64,000 bases of DNA. It comes from Phaeosaccion multiseriatum (taxonomy: Eukaryota; Protista; Ochrophyta, other classes). The number at the start of each line of letters is the position of its first letter. The stretch's first letter is position 1. Location of the stretch: assembly GCA_965112735.1 (NCBI GenBank), contig OZ218952.1, forward strand, positions 3,224,001 to 3,288,000, given 5' to 3'. Of this stretch, positions 31,731 through 45,841 are shown in pieces. Made by a program: the position numbers and the translations under genes. Below the pieces are notes generated by a model that was not told where the DNA came from, ran no database searches, and saw nothing but the letters and a program-made list of their open reading frames with translations.

Positions 31731-34700
31731 TCACCACCGCCCTCCACCGGCCTCGCCCCCACGCCCCCCCCCTCCACGGCTACCACCACTGCCACCACTG
31801 CCACCACTGCCACCACTGCCGCTCTCCGCCCTCCTCCAGCGAGGCGCCGCCTTCTCGAGCTCCGCAAGCTCCGAGGGCCCGATCTTGCCCTTCCACGCTC
31901 TCTGCTGTTCCACCGGCAGGCGCGAGAAGCGCTCCAAGTTGGCCATGAAGTCCTTGGCTCGCTCGTCGAAATACATGCCCAAAGCCTCCATCCGCCGCAA
32001 ATGGCGAAGTGCCTCTTCAATGTAGAACAACTTGGCAAGCCCCAGCACCAGAATCGAATACGTTTGCTGCGTGCGCACCACCGGCCTAACAGAGGAGGAG
32101 GACGCGCCGCCGGCACCATCACCACCATCACCACCCCCCTGCTGCTGCCCCTGCTGAAGCCGGTCCATGTCCTCCCTCGATACGCCCTTCCCTGCCGGCA
32201 CAACGTGTCTCATGTAGCCTCCCCTCCTCTTCACCCTCGCCTCAGCCTCGGCCTCATTCTCGGCCAAAGAGCCAAAGCGTTCATCCCCAAAGGGCCCAAA
32301 GGAAAAGTCCTCACCAAAGGAGGGTGCCTCCTGCGACTGCCGCTGCGACTGCTTGTGCTCCAACATGCGCAGGTCCTGCTGCACCCTCTTGTTCTGCCTG
32401 GCCTGCTGACCAGCGTCCGGGTCCTCCATCTCGCCAAAGTACCTTAGCGCCATGTCTGGCCGCGGCGTAAGGCCCTCTAGACAGGTTTTGATGGCCATGT
32501 TGTAAGTGTCCTCCTGGGGCCTGAGGCCGAGCTTGGCCATCTGTGCAAACACCAGCTTAACCATGTTGGGGTCTCTTCTTCGTTGGGCTCCGTACATGAA
32601 CTCGTTGAGCGTTCTCCTGAGGTGTGTGTTTGTGTGTGTGTGTGTGTGTGTGAACCCCGTACAAAGAGACAGAGGGACAGGGAGGAGGAGATGGGAGGGG
32701 GGGGGGGGGGGTAGAGAGGGAGGGAGAGAGGGCAGACAGAGAGAGGCAGAGGTGAGAGAGAGAGAGAGATAGAGAGGGAGGGCAAGGCTGGGCAGTAAAA
32801 CGCTGAGGAGGAAAAGGGCTTGGAGCACTTCACAAAGCACAATGCGTCGTCGTTCCTTCCGTCGCCCGGTCCAGCCCCACTCACTGATACCCACTCACTG
32901 ATACCCACTCACTGGTACCCACTCACTGATACCCACTCACTAGTACCCACTCACTGCCCCACCCATATGCCCTTCGCCTGCGCACCTGTTGACGGTAATT
33001 CCCCTCTCGAGCATCTCCTCCAGCATGTGCACGGCTCCGTCGCCGCCCTCGTCAGAGGTCATGTTGGAAAACGCTCTGACAGGTGTGTGTGCGATCGTGG
33101 AAAGAAGGGAGACAAGCGGGGAGGAGGGTTAGGAGATGGCGTTGCGTGGGGGGAGACAACGAGGTGTAACGCAAACGAAACGTGCGAAACGGTGTTGTCT
33201 GCTTGTAAGTTGGGTACATGGGCCCAAACAGAAGGAGCGCTCCCCAGCACGAATCGAGCGAATACGATACGGAGCTTCCCCCGTTCCTCCCCTTCCTCAG
33301 AGCCCGACCGCGCAGCAAGAGAGAGCTTCTCCCGTCAGCCCCTTCTAATCCCGCAGGTACCTGATGATGGCGGTGTAGTGGTATGCATTGGGTGAGAGCC
33401 CCTCGTTCTCCATCTGCCGCAGCAGACGCACTGCCACATCGGGACGGGGCACCGGCCCCGCACACGCCACCATCACCGCGCTAACAGGCCACACAAGGAG
33501 ACAACCAATGCACAAATACACACACACATGCATGCATGCAGACAGAGACAGAGAGGCATGGAGAGAAGAGAAGAGACGAAGGAGACAAATGTGAGCAAGG
33601 CAAGGACAAGAAAGTGTTGTGATTGATGGGGATATCGCCCCTCCCCTCTGCTCCCTCCCTCCCTCCCTCCTCCCTCCCTCCCTCCCTCCCTCCCTCCCTC
33701 CCTCCCTCCCTCCCTCCTCCCCCCCCGCACCTGTAGTGGTGCTCGTTTGGCCGGATACCCGCCGCCGGCATGCTCTCCAAGAGCCGCAGACAGACCTTGA
33801 GCTTATGCAGCCTCGCAAACATACGCAGCTCGTACAGCAGCGTTCGCGCGTCTTTGGGCACCTCATCTTCTGCGATGCGCCGCAGGAGACGTTCGGTGTG
33901 TGGTGAGCCGGGGGGGCCCAAGACGCGCTTCTTCTCGAGGTCCCCGTCGAGGTAGTGGCATGCCTGGTTGATTGGTTGGTTGGTTGGGTGGTTGGTTGGT
34001 CGGTCGGTTGGGTTGAGAGAGGGTTGGTTGGTTGGTTGGTGGGTGGGTGGGTAGGTTGGTTGGATTGTTGATTTGATTTTGATATGCCAGCCAGACCTGC
34101 AGGGCAGCATTGTAGGTGCTGGTCTTGAACCATCTCTTCCTGCCGAGCCTGCGCATGCGAATGAGGTGCAGCATGGCCTGTGACTCGCTGTGTCTAGCGG
34201 AGGGGGCCGTGTCTCCATCGCCCATTGGGTTGTAGCGCTGCCCTCCAGCCAGGCCTGGGGCGGGCAGCGAAGGGCACAAGGAGGCAAAGGAAGGAAGGAA
34301 GAGAGGAAGGCCGGAAGGACAGGACAGGATAAGAATGGAGGAAGGAACGAAAACAAAAGTCAACAAGAAAACAAGACGGGGAACAAAGCAAAGCGAGCAA
34401 ACATAAGCATGATGTGACAGGTGGACAGGGGAGCCTCCCGGCCTGAAGGGAGGTAGGAGGAAAGCAAACTGACGCTGCACCAGGCAGAGCCACCCATTTC
34501 CGCAGTGCCACGCCCGAGCAGGACAGGGTACACAGGGTAAGGCAAATCAAAAGCAAGGCAAGCAAGGAAGCTGGGGCTCACCTTGCAAGGCTGCTTGCTC
34601 CTCCACCATCTTCTCCGCCGTCCTCCTCCCTACAGCGCTGGAAAGAATCGCGCCACCGCCTTCACCCCCCCCCCCACTCCCATCCCCATCAACATCACCA

Positions 34701-36811
34701 CCTTCACTCAAACCACTACCGTCACCACCCGCATCCGCAGCAGTTGGTGATACAGCAGCGATGCCAGCATGTGGCAAGTTCTCCTCCAGCAGCTCGAAGA
34801 AGAGCTCAATGGCGAGCTCGTAGCATCCGTGCTTGACGCAGCAGCGCAGCGTGGTCTGCAGGGCATAGTCGCTGATGCGGAGGCCGCGTTCCCGCAGCTG
34901 ATTGAGCAGCTCCACCGACAGCACCCCGGGATTCGCCGTGGCGGGAGGCGCAACGAGAGGCGGGCTCCCTACGGCTGAGGAGCCTGAGGAGCTACTACTA
35001 CTGCTGCTATTGCTACTTCTATTACTACTACTGCCTCTGCTGCTGCTGTCGCTACTGTCAGTGCTACTGGCGGCGGCTCGACCTGTGGCAGTCGCAGAGG
35101 CGGAGGCTGCCGGGAAGGGCAGGCTGGTGCCGCTGCACTCCCCAAGGGCCTTCAGCACAAGCTCGTACTCCTCCTCCGACGGTTTCACCTTCCAAAAATC
35201 ACAGAACAGAAACCACATGCACCGGGGTCAGGGTCGGGGTTCGGGTTAGCAACGGCGTCAGGGCCCCGCCCCATCGGAATGGAACCAACCCGGGAGGAGA
35301 GGAGAGAGAAACAACACACTCCGAGCCGCCACTCCCTCCCTTCTTCCCTCTGCGCGCCTCCCTCCCTCCTTCCGTCTGCCCCCCTCCCTCCCTCCCTCCC
35401 TCTCTCCCTCCTTCCACCTTGCCTCTCTCCGCCGCCCCCTCCCTCCCTCCGCCCCTCCCTCCCTCCCCCTCCCCCACTCACCTGCAGCACATCCATGGTC
35501 TCCAGCAGCAGCATGGCCGCCCGCGCCCTCCCCCCTGCCACAAGGTCCTTGAGCCTCCCCCTGTAGTATTCCCTGATGGCTGACGCCTGCAGTAGTCCCA
35601 CCCTCAGCGGCGCCCCCAGCCGCTGCAACACATGGCTGTGAAGCTTGAGCACCTCGCTGGAGTCCCCCACCGAGTGCAATGCCTCCAGCGCGGAGCAGTA
35701 GTCCTGAGAAGTCAGGCCGGGGCTGCTGCTCCTGCTGCTTTGTGGTGGTGAACCTCTTCCCCCCCCTCCTCCTCCTCCTGCTCCTGCTGCTGCTATGGCT
35801 GCCTCCTCCTCCACGAGGGCATCCTCGAGCTTGGCCAGGAGGCTCATGACGTCCGCCGAAGAGGCCTTCGTTGCTCCTCCCTCGGCTGTTGCACACTTTG
35901 GGGCCAGCCGTATTGCCTCGCGGTACAGCTGGATCTTTGCATTGCTGCCACTGTCGCTGCTGCTGCCATCGTGCCTGTCACTGCCTCCACGCCCACCCCC
36001 TCCCCACCGCCGCCCCTTTGTCGTCTCCCTCCTGCCTTCTCCTACTCTTTCCAAGGCTTCTTGAACTCCTTCTCTTCCTCCCGTCCGCCGCTGCATTGCC
36101 AAGTGTTCCTCCTCCTGCTGCTGCTGATGCGCCTCGGCATCCGCCTCCCCCTCCTCCAGCATGGCCAGAACCTGACCCCAGTTACCGTGCTTGCCGCACA
36201 CGCGCATGAGCTGCAGGTAGAAGTTCGTGTTGGGCGCTGTACCGCTCTGTAGCCTGCCCAGCCACAGAGCAACCAGCTCCTTGGCCAGAGCGGGGCTGGC
36301 GCCTTTGCTGAAGTCCGGGTGGGGAGGATTATGGGGCACTGCTGCGACACACACACATAAACGGGTGGCATAGGGTGAGCAAAAGGAGTGGGAGAGGAGG
36401 ATTCTTATCATTGAGGACAGAAGGAGAATCTTCTCCCACCCTATGCCCAACCCATCCCCACCAACTTGATGACTCTCACTCACCAGACGAGCTGCTCCTG
36501 GTAGTGGTGGACATCCCTCTCTTCCTACTGCGGGAGGCCAGGACGAAGTCACACCCATCGCGACTGCGAGGTCCACCACGAGCCCCTCCTCGTCCTGCTC
36601 CCACACCCCATGTGCAGCAGCTTCCCCAGATTTGACGCTGCACCCCTCCTCCTGCCGGGGCTACAAACGAAGATGAGGTGCACACCTGTGGCTGTTGCTG
36701 CTGCGGCAAAAAGCCTGCACCTTCACCGCTGCCACTGCTGCTGCCGATTCTCCTCCTCCTCCTACTACTTCGGCGCACCTCTCCGTGCCCCAGTGCCCTT
36801 CGCCACATCAT
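31731..36811 (-). CDS. Large multi-exon PPR protein with degenerate repeats and an Arg/Ser-rich N-terminal presequence
   Basis: PPR motifs PNTNFYLQLMRVCGKHGNWGQVLAML, SDYALQTTLRCCVKHGCYELAIELF, RPNEHHY|SAVMVACA, SPNAYHYTAIIR, PQEDTYNMAIKTC and TQQTYSILVLGLAK. First exon MMWRRALGHGEVRRSSRRRRR... ends at a g|gtgagt donor near 36484. Not all internal junctions were resolved. Confidence 0.8.
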
Positions 36812-37131
36812 CTCTGCTGTCTGCGTTCTTCCGTCTCCTGCGTTCTTCCGTCTCCTGCGTTCTTCCTCCTCCTCACCCCCCCCCCCCTGCTGTCTACTGC
36901 TTCTACTCCTCCCCCTTCTTTAGTACGCTTTCGTAATTGCCAACTGTTGGATGGATGTGGAAGGGCCGAACCAAACACAAACTTGGTGGCTTGCTCTAAT
37001 TAAGAAGAAGAGCTTAAAAAGAGGAAAAGCGGAGCCAACACTGCTGCTGTGGTTTCCCACAGGCATCTCGAAGCAGAAGCGAAAGGGAGGGCAGTGAACC
37101 TCGAGCCGGCTGTAATTCACAGGGAACAAAA

Positions 37132-38679
37132 ATGGAAGAGGGGGGGGGGACAGTTGCGGCAGAAGCAGCTAAAATAGCTGCATCGATAGCAGCAGATGCG
37201 GCAGAAGGGTCGGAGGGAGCAAAAGATTACCGAGGGGGTGGTGGGGTGACGACGGACCAAGCAGAATGGCTGCACAGCATCCAGGAGGAGATGGGCGCCA
37301 TCTTGCAGGCGTCCGTGGGGCCGGAGGGCTTTTGGGAGAACTTACAGGCCTTCAAAGAGGTGAGAGAGACGGGAAAAAAACATAGAAAGGAGTAACCCGC
37401 CTCTTTAATGAAGGTCAGAGGATGGCCTGGGTCTGGCAGTGCGGGACTTGGATCGAATCTGGAATGATCCACACGGGGGCCCTGCTCCCCCCCCCCCTTG
37501 GTGGAAGTCACTCCACCCGTCTTCCTGCGCCGGACTGACTCAGCGACTCGCTGACTGATGCTACTCGACGCCTGCAGGCCGTGGACTGGAGCGAGACCTG
37601 GATCAGGGCCATCGGAGTCTTCCACTTGTGTACATTCATCACAGTTGTAGCCACGCGCAAGCTCTTTTGGCCACAGGTAAGACCTCTTTTCCTTACTTCG
37701 CCCGTCGAAGTCGACAAGTGCGCCTCTTTTCCTTTGCCTTCCTCTGTCCGTTTCTGCCCACTACTCTCTTCTCTTCTCTTTTCTTGCGACTCGTGTGCAT
37801 TGGTTGACTCACCACTGTTCTATCTGTCTGTACGTCTCCAAAAGGTGGTTCTCTTCCTACTGGTCTGCGGCCTGGCGCGGATAGCAGAGAGGGCCAACGT
37901 GTATCTAAACAGCCGCTGGACAGACTTCTCCACACAGGTGATGCCCATGGGAGGGAGAAGGATTGCTGGCCTGAGAGAAGGAAGACAGAGAGACGCATGT
38001 AGTTGTTGTGCCGTCGAACATGCCGTGTCTCTACGAAGGATGAGGGGGTGTCACACCCGTCTCGACCCTCCCTTGAGAGCCCTGATCCCCCCTCCCGCCC
38101 CCACCCTCCTCCTGCAGAACTACTTTGACGAGAGGGGCGTGTTTCTCGGAGTGGTGTGGTGCCTGCCGCTGCTCCTCATAGGCTTCTTCCAGCTGGTACG
38201 CCTCACCAACGTCTCATGCGCGCTTACGGGAGGTTGCGCACCGGCCCACTCCTCTCTCACTCTCTCTCTCTCTTGGTATTCATTCGTCTCTCTCTCTCTT
38301 GGTATTCATTCGTCTCTCTCTCCCTGCGTCCCACCCCTCGCCTTGGCAGAGCAGAAGCGAAATGCTCACGGCCTGTTCCCCCCGCGCCCTCTCGCCCTTC
38401 CTGACGACCTTTCTCTCCCTCTGTGTATGCCTATATATATCTCTCTCTCATACTCTCTCTCCCTTGCCCCCCTCTTTCATGTTCACTCTCTCCTGGGGCC
38501 AGTTCAACTTCCTCGCTATGAGCACGTCACTGCTCGTAACGGTCAAGAGAAGGGAGTTCGCCAAGGACCGGAAAGACAAAGCGGCGGCGGCCGGGCAGGG
38601 GCAGAAGGGAGAGGAAGGGGGGGGGAAGGGCAACGGCAAGGGCAAGGCAGCGCAGGGCGAGGCCAAGAAGAACAGATGA
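37132..38679 (+). CDS. TMEM18: Transmembrane protein 18 homolog, 5 exons
   Basis: Exons 37132-37359, 37578-37676, ~37845-37937, 38118-38195 and 38503-38679. Motifs AVDWSETWIRAIGVFH and AERANVYLNSRWTDFSTQ|NYFDERGVFLGVVWCLPLL, with a basic C-terminal tail. Confidence 0.88.
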
Positions 38680-39054
38680 TGTAATGATGGGAGGGGGAAG
38701 GGACGCCGCTCCTCTCCAGCCGAGTAGGTGTTGTAGAAGACGAGGTGCTGCTGAGGCGAGGCTGGGTGGTGCCGTATGCGCTTGCTGTGGACCCCTCAAG
38801 TATTGCCTTGACCACAGAATACGGCGGCGCTTTTCGTCGTCGTCAGCCCTCAGCTCATGCAGTATAATATTCAATTTTTAATTACAAAGCTCGCCCTGGG
38901 CGTAAGGATGGATGGCTACCCTGTCAGTCTTCATCCTTCTTATACAAACTAAACCCTCCACTCCTCCTCTCTTAACCCCCCACTCTCCCCACATCATTGA
39001 TGCACGCTCGATACTTCCTTCCATCCCCACACATCGACGGTTCGTAATCCACTT

Positions 39055-41262
39055 TCATGACTCCTTCTTGTTGTCGTGTTTGCCTCTGCTGACCGCGGCT
39101 TCCTTCAGTCGCCTACCCACCCACGCTGTTACCTTCCACAGACCCCACCCCAGGGTCTGAGCTCCGGCAGCCGCACCCGCCCCCAGGGTCCGAGCCCCGA
39201 CGGCCGCACCCGCCTCCACGGCCCGTCTTAGCTTGAGCTGGTTGGGTCTCTGCTCCCACTCACGCTGCCCTTGAAGCAGGCGGCGATCGTCCGAGCCAGT
39301 GCTCCTCACCCCGGGGGGTACTTCTCCCCGCTCGTGCAGAGCCCACACTCGTGCCAGGCCCCGCCGAACCATCTCTTCCGCGATATTGACGCTGCGAAAC
39401 GGAGGAAAGGTTGCCATTCCCCTCCGGTGATGTAATACCGACACAATGACTTCACCTCCTCCTCCCTCGCCTCCTTCTCCTTCTCCTCCTCCTCCTCCTC
39501 CTCCTCCTCCTCCTCCTCGTCCTCGCTGCGTGCCCCCCTCTGCATCTCCCCTCGCATTATCTCTTCCTCGTCCTCCTGCTTGTCCTGCTGCTGTTGCGCC
39601 CACCGCCTTCTCCTCCTGCACCACCAACTGCTGCTGCGTGTAGAGCACCTCCACTCTCACACGCTTGTCGTTATCGTCCACCAGAACCTCTCGCAGCCAC
39701 TGCTCAGCCTCGTCACCCTTGCCAGGAGCGGTCCGCACGCCGTACAGCCGCAGGGGAAGCAGGTCCGCCGACGGTATACCTCCAGGAGACAGGGAACGGG
39801 GCCTATGGCACGCACACACGCACACAAGCAGGGTGAGATGGAGGAGTAGAAGGAATATGAGCATCAGTCTGTTCCAACCGAGGGTGAGGGGGGGAAACCG
39901 CTCAAGGATAGACAGACAGGCAGGCAGGCAGGCAGGCAAGAGAGGTACTTAGAGGTCGAGAGACATGTACGAGAGAGTGGTCGACGAGAGACAGAAGAGA
40001 CAAGACTACGAGAGAGAGAGGCGGACAAGAGATATGAAAGACAGAAATGCAGACAGACAGACCAGACAGACATAGACAGATAGACATGACAGACAGGCAG
40101 ACGAGAGAGAGAGAGAGAGAGAGAGCACAGAGACAAGAGGGAGAGAGAGGCAGACGAGAGAGAGAGAGACGGACACCTGACCTTTTCCTCGAGAGCCAGC
40201 GCGCCAGAGTGATGTGCTCGCAGAGCAGAGTGATCGGTCGGCCCTCTGAGCCCCCCTGGGAAGGGGCTTCTGTGGCAGGGAATTCACGGCGAATCTTGGC
40301 CACTGATAACACGTTTAAGGTCAGCATTTGAGGTCATACGGAAGGTTAGCAGGTGGTACCACGTAGAAGAAGGCTCAGAAGTAAGAAAAAGAAGGGGAGG
40401 GGGTGATAACCTGCAGCAACTGCGCGCATCCGTTTGGGGATAGAGGATAGCGCAGGGATCTAAAAGCAAGACACAGAGAGAGGGAGGGAGAGAGGGCCCA
40501 AGGAGGAGAATGGTCTCCAGCGACATACCGGAATGCAGCAAAGCAGACCGAGGGACACACTGTGCGGGCAAGGCTGGCAAAAGGGAGAAATATCTATCAA
40601 ATAGATCGCCGCAACGTGCACACTACCGAAGTGACCTCCCTCCCCCCATTCCCAGTCCCTTTTCTCCTTTTCCTTCCTCCCGCGGTCGCACCTTTGGCGG
40701 AGAAGCGCCTCCCTCCGCCCCAGTAGCGTGGCGGCACCATGGCGGCGGACGTGAAGCCCCGCATGCCTCGGCGGTACGAGACGAGAGCCACATAGCCTGC
40801 AGAGCCCAGCATCGCCGCCCCACACGCCCAGCGGAACTCCCGCACGTGATTGTTAATTACATCGGCCCCTTGGGCGGGCAGACCCTTTAGCCTGTCCCAC
40901 TGCTGCCTGCGCCACTCCCGCTGCTGTCGCTCCTCTTCGGCGTCCCTCTGTCGCTCGACGGAACGCCTACCCTCCTCCTCTTGTTGCAGCGCCAGCTGCG
41001 CTGGAGTCCCTATCCCAGTAAGTGCGTCGTCCATTGGGAAGGCAACGCCTACCTTCTCTTCATCATCCTTCCCTCTCATGCTGCGCCTTTCTCCACTGGT
41101 GCCTCCCCTCATCTCCCTCACTTCGGCCAGAAAGCCCTTGAACCTCTCCTGAAAAGTATCAACGAACCCACTGGGGGGATTTCCCCCATTATCCCTCCCA
41201 CCAGGAGCAGCAGAAGCACCAGCACTAGCCCCCTCAATCCCCCCTTCCCTCTCCTCCTCCAT
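39055..41262 (-). CDS. C3orf33-like protein (staphylococcal-nuclease-like OB fold after a TM segment), 3 exons
   Basis: TM-like WACGAAMLGSAGYVALVSY, then RGFTSAAMVP, LLCEHITL, LPLRLYGV...AEQWLREVL...VRVEVL and SVNIAEEMVRRGLARV. The motif order matches my recollection of animal C3orf33; this was not searched. Confidence 0.65.
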
Positions 41263-41546
41263 GAGGGTTTATTAAGTGCCATGTTAGCTTTTAAAGCCGC
41301 GTGTGCGTGTTGGTACTCCACCCAACAAATGGCTTCGCCGTTACGGAAATCTCTGGTGGAGGATTTCCGAGTGGAAAGAGCAAGCTGTGAGAAGGGGACA
41401 TACTCTGCTATTCAGACCAGTAGCTGAGGAAGAGGGACATCCAAAACTAGAAGAACTCTACCGTGGTAGAGCATAATGCGTAGAGTGAGAAACGGAGAGG
41501 ATTGAAAGGAAGAACACAGCCGGATTCTTAACGGGGCAGCGGTGCA

Positions 41547-44500
41547 ATGAGAGAACCTCAATGCGCAGGCCGAGGCCCTCGGGGTTGGGAGAGGGAGAGG
41601 GGGAGGAGGAGGAGGAGGAGGAGGAGCAGTAGCAGCAGAAGCACGCATAGTGGAGATGGGCGAAGCCCTGAGTACCCCAGCTCGGTCGGGAGGCCAGAAG
41701 CAGAACCAGCAGCAGCAGCAGCAGCAGCAGCAACAGTAGTGGGTGATGCTGTCGGCAGGAGAAAGGGGGCTCATCTCCTTCTCTTGGCCCTCCTGCTGCT
41801 GCTGCTGCCGCCGCTGCACGACGCCACCTCGTCGGAGTGCAGCTGCGCGTGTGGCACTTACAACCTTAAAAATCTAGAGAACGAGCAGTTCCCAGTGGAG
41901 TGGAGCGAGGATTGCCCGTGGAGCTTGGACGGGTATGCGGATGAGGAAAGGGTGGAGGTCAAGGCGTGGATCCAGACTGAGTTCGACGGCTATGCAAGGA
42001 GAAGGCGGAGGCGACGGAGGCGGAGACGGCTGATTCTCGGCGGGGGCCTGGCCATGTTGGGGTATGGGGACAATGACACGGATACAAGCAGAGTGGAGCT
42101 GACGAAGAGAGAGATGGCTGAATGGGAGGGGCAAGAGGACATGGAGGGAGGCTGGGATGGAGGAGAATATGAAGACGAAGAAGAAGCAGAAGACGAGGAG
42201 GAGGCAAGGGGTTGGCGAGCACTGATAGGGACGACGGACTCGGGGATGGACGAGGACGGTTTTCCCTACTACAACTACGTGGAGGTGTGCAGAAAGCTCC
42301 GCAAGGAGGAGAACGTGCTTTACCGGTGCGCAGACGGATCGGGTTATTCGGCCGGGACGAGCAGCTACTTCGCCTTCAGTCACTGCCCGAAGGAAACGTT
42401 CGCCAAGCTGGTGGCGTTCTTTGGGGTCAGCTTCGATAGCCTAGAGCTCACCTCTGGCGACGAGTGCTCCACTCCAGCACCAACAGCAGCTCCAACAGCG
42501 GCGCCTACGGAGGTACATCTTGATGATGCGTGACCTAGGCTTACAGGCCTCTCAGCCAGCTTGATTGCAGTGTGTGCTAATGAGGTATGCTCTGCTGCCA
42601 CGCCGGCTGCGGCTCTCTCAATCCCTCCTGCCTCGCTCTTGCCCTGGTCTATCCTCGACTCTCTCTTTCACTCTCTCTCTTCGCCCAGACACCAACAACG
42701 GCTCCGTCCGTAGCACCAACGGCAGTACCAACAGAGGCCAGTGAAACGAGTGACATCCAAATCGTCTTGCTTAATGATGAGGCCACGAGCACCGCGTCTG
42801 TTGCGCCCACGGCGGCACCCACAGCGAGCGTCATTGTGCAAGCCGGAAAGGAGCACACGTGCGCGAGTGTGTACGGCAGCGTCAAGTGCTGGGGCAGGTG
42901 AGTGATGCCCAGGATGGTTTTGTTGGGGATCGCACGAGTTCATCAAGAGCTCGCTCCACCCCACGCCACGCCAACCCCCACCCATCGCGGGTTGGGTGTC
43001 CCCACCTTTCTGCTGCTCACTCAGGCCCACTCAGCTCCTCCCACCAACATGCCTCCCTGCTGCTGCTGCTCCTGCCGCCGCCGTTACGTCCACTCTCTCT
43101 ATTTCTCTCTATCCCCCTCTCTCTCCTTCTCAACCCCTCCATCGCCCTCTCTGCCTCTCTCCTCATATGGCACCATTGACCTCAGGTATGACCTTGGCGC
43201 CCTCGGCCTCGGCTCCAACCCCCTCACTGACGTAGGGGACTCCGCAGCCGAGATGGGCAACAACTTAGGCACCACCGACCTCGGCACGGGCAGGACCGCC
43301 ATCGCTCTGAGCGGCGGCGTATCGAGCATGTGTGCCTTGAGAGACGACTTGACCGTGGTGTGTTGGGGCTACAACCGCTGGGGGGAGCTCGGCTACGTGA
43401 GTGATGATGCTTGCCGCCTGCAGCCTCGCTCCTTTTCGCCGCGGGTGGAGGGGAGGAGATGCAGCCGACTCTACTATTTCAGTGGGCTTCTTGCGATGTC
43501 AAGTCCAATGCCTCCGCCAACATCATATCATCATTACCTCGTTATCCATCGCTCCACTTGCTCTTATCCTTACTTGCCCCCCCTGACCACCAGTGACACC
43601 CTCTCCCCCCCCCGCCCCACCCCTCCACCATCCTTTGTCCTTTGTGCCCACCGAACAGGACGACACCACCACAAGGGGCCTGTCGAGTGGCGACATGGGC
43701 GACGGCCTGAGTGCGGTGAGCCTCGGCGAGACGGCGACGGCGGTGTGCGGCGGTAAGAACGGTCCAAACAGAGAGATAACGGTAGCAGCGAGCGGTTGGA
43801 GAGACAGCGCCAGCGGAGCGTTGGTTGGTGATGCAGCAGCAGAAGTTGGCTCAGCATGCTTTCTTTCTTCCCCTACCTGCTGGTTGTCCCTCTGTCCTGA
43901 CATCTCTGTTCCTGTAACGCTCGACCTGCAGGCCACTACATGAGCTGTGCGCTGCTCAGCACCGGGGGCGTAAAATGGTGAGATGGAGGGAGAGGTGTAG
44001 AGCGCGCGTGCGAGAGAGAGAGGAGGGAGAGACGGACAAGAGACAGACACAGAACGAGCCAGTGGCGGATGTCATAAGTTTGCACCTCACTCACGCAACT
44101 TCATCTATGTTTGTGTGTGCGTGCGTTCGGTGTCGTGTGGTAGCGCCAGGTGTGAGTCTCATCGGAGTATTGCTTCCCTTCCTCCCTACCCCGCTTCCGC
44201 TTTCTTGCCCTGTCCTCGCCCCCCCCCCTCCCGCCGCCTTGCTTTTGCTTGTACCCTCCCTCGGACATGAATAACCATGACTGATCGTCGCCAGTTGGGG
44301 TTACAACGCTTACGGCGAGGTGAGTCACCGACTCAGCTCGGAGTCCTGTCCCTCCTCTCCCCACCCAGGGGGGCATGTGGTCTGATACCCTCGTTTGTGT
44401 GTGCAAGGGCAGCGAAGGGCAGAGTCGCCTCGCTCTCTGCATCATTGCCCATCACCGCCAGTCACTGCGAGTTTTGATACCGGGGTGCAGGTCTCACTCG

Positions 44501-45763
44501 AGTGGTATGCAGATGCAAGTTTGCTTCTTCGGTGGTAAACTGTTTTTCGCAGTCGCATGCCGATCAACCAATCGACCAATCTCCCAAGCACCCACCCACT
44601 CAAGCCCCACCCTTCCACCTCCCCACCGTGCGGCTCGTGCCTGTTCAGCTCGGGCAGGAGAACTCCGTCAGCAACATCGGGGCAGCGGCGGGAGACATGG
44701 AGGCGTTGGTGAGTCAGCACTCTCGCCAGGCCAGGCACTACGTGGCGTGTGTGGGTGTGTGCATGTTTGTGTGCATATGTGCGTGTGTGTGTGCGCGCGC
44801 GTATGTGTGTGGGTGTGTGCGTGTGCCTATTATGCTGCTCCTTTTTCTCCTTCCTCTGCTGCTATCCACGCCACTGCTTGGGGCTGCTCTTCTCTCTCTC
44901 CCTGCTGCTGCGCAACCAACTACTGAACGACCAACTGCTACTGCTCACTGCCTCTTACGAAGGACCCCATCGACTTTGGAACGGACGTGTCCATCGCTGC
45001 CATTGCGTGCAAATATGTGCACAACTGCGCGGTAAGGAGCAATACATGGAAGGGTGTCTGCCTCTCTCTCTTCCTTTCGCACCCCCTCTGCACTTCCTCC
45101 TTCACTCTCTCTCCCTCTCCCGCCCTGTCGCACCTGGGGGAAGGGGCTGTTCTCCTCATCTTGCCTGCTTACCGAGGGCACTTTGTCCTTCCACCACCCG
45201 TATTCGGGCCCCCATTCTTGCTACACGTCACGACGAGAAGCGCCCAGTCACACCCACTCACACCCACTCACACCCACTCACATCCACTCACACCCACTCA
45301 CACCCACTCACACCCTCTCACACCCACTCACACTCCATCACACCGCCCCCCCCATGCTGTCTTTGTCTGGCCCTTTGACCCCTCTTCCCCTCTTCCCCTC
45401 TTCCCCTCTTCATGTGTGTCCCCACCCCCCCCCATGGCAGCTCACCACGACCGGCGAGGTCAAGTGTTGGTAAGTAACAGCAGTAGCAGTAGCAGTTGGT
45501 GCTATAGCAGCCGCTGCAATGCTGGAGGAAGGGCAAAGGCATCACTCGCATCACCTCCTTTGACCTCCCTTGCCACAACCTCTTCATCACATCCTTCTTT
45601 TCATCCCCCTTCTCCTCATTCTTCTCCTCTCCCTACCCATTTCCTTCCTCGATGTACGGCCTTGGTCGCTTACCCAACCTGCATGCACCCTCATTCTCAT
45701 ACACACACACGCATACACACACACGCATCTTCCGCACTACTTTCCATTCTCTTTCTTTCTCTT

Positions 45764-45841
<78 letters not shown>

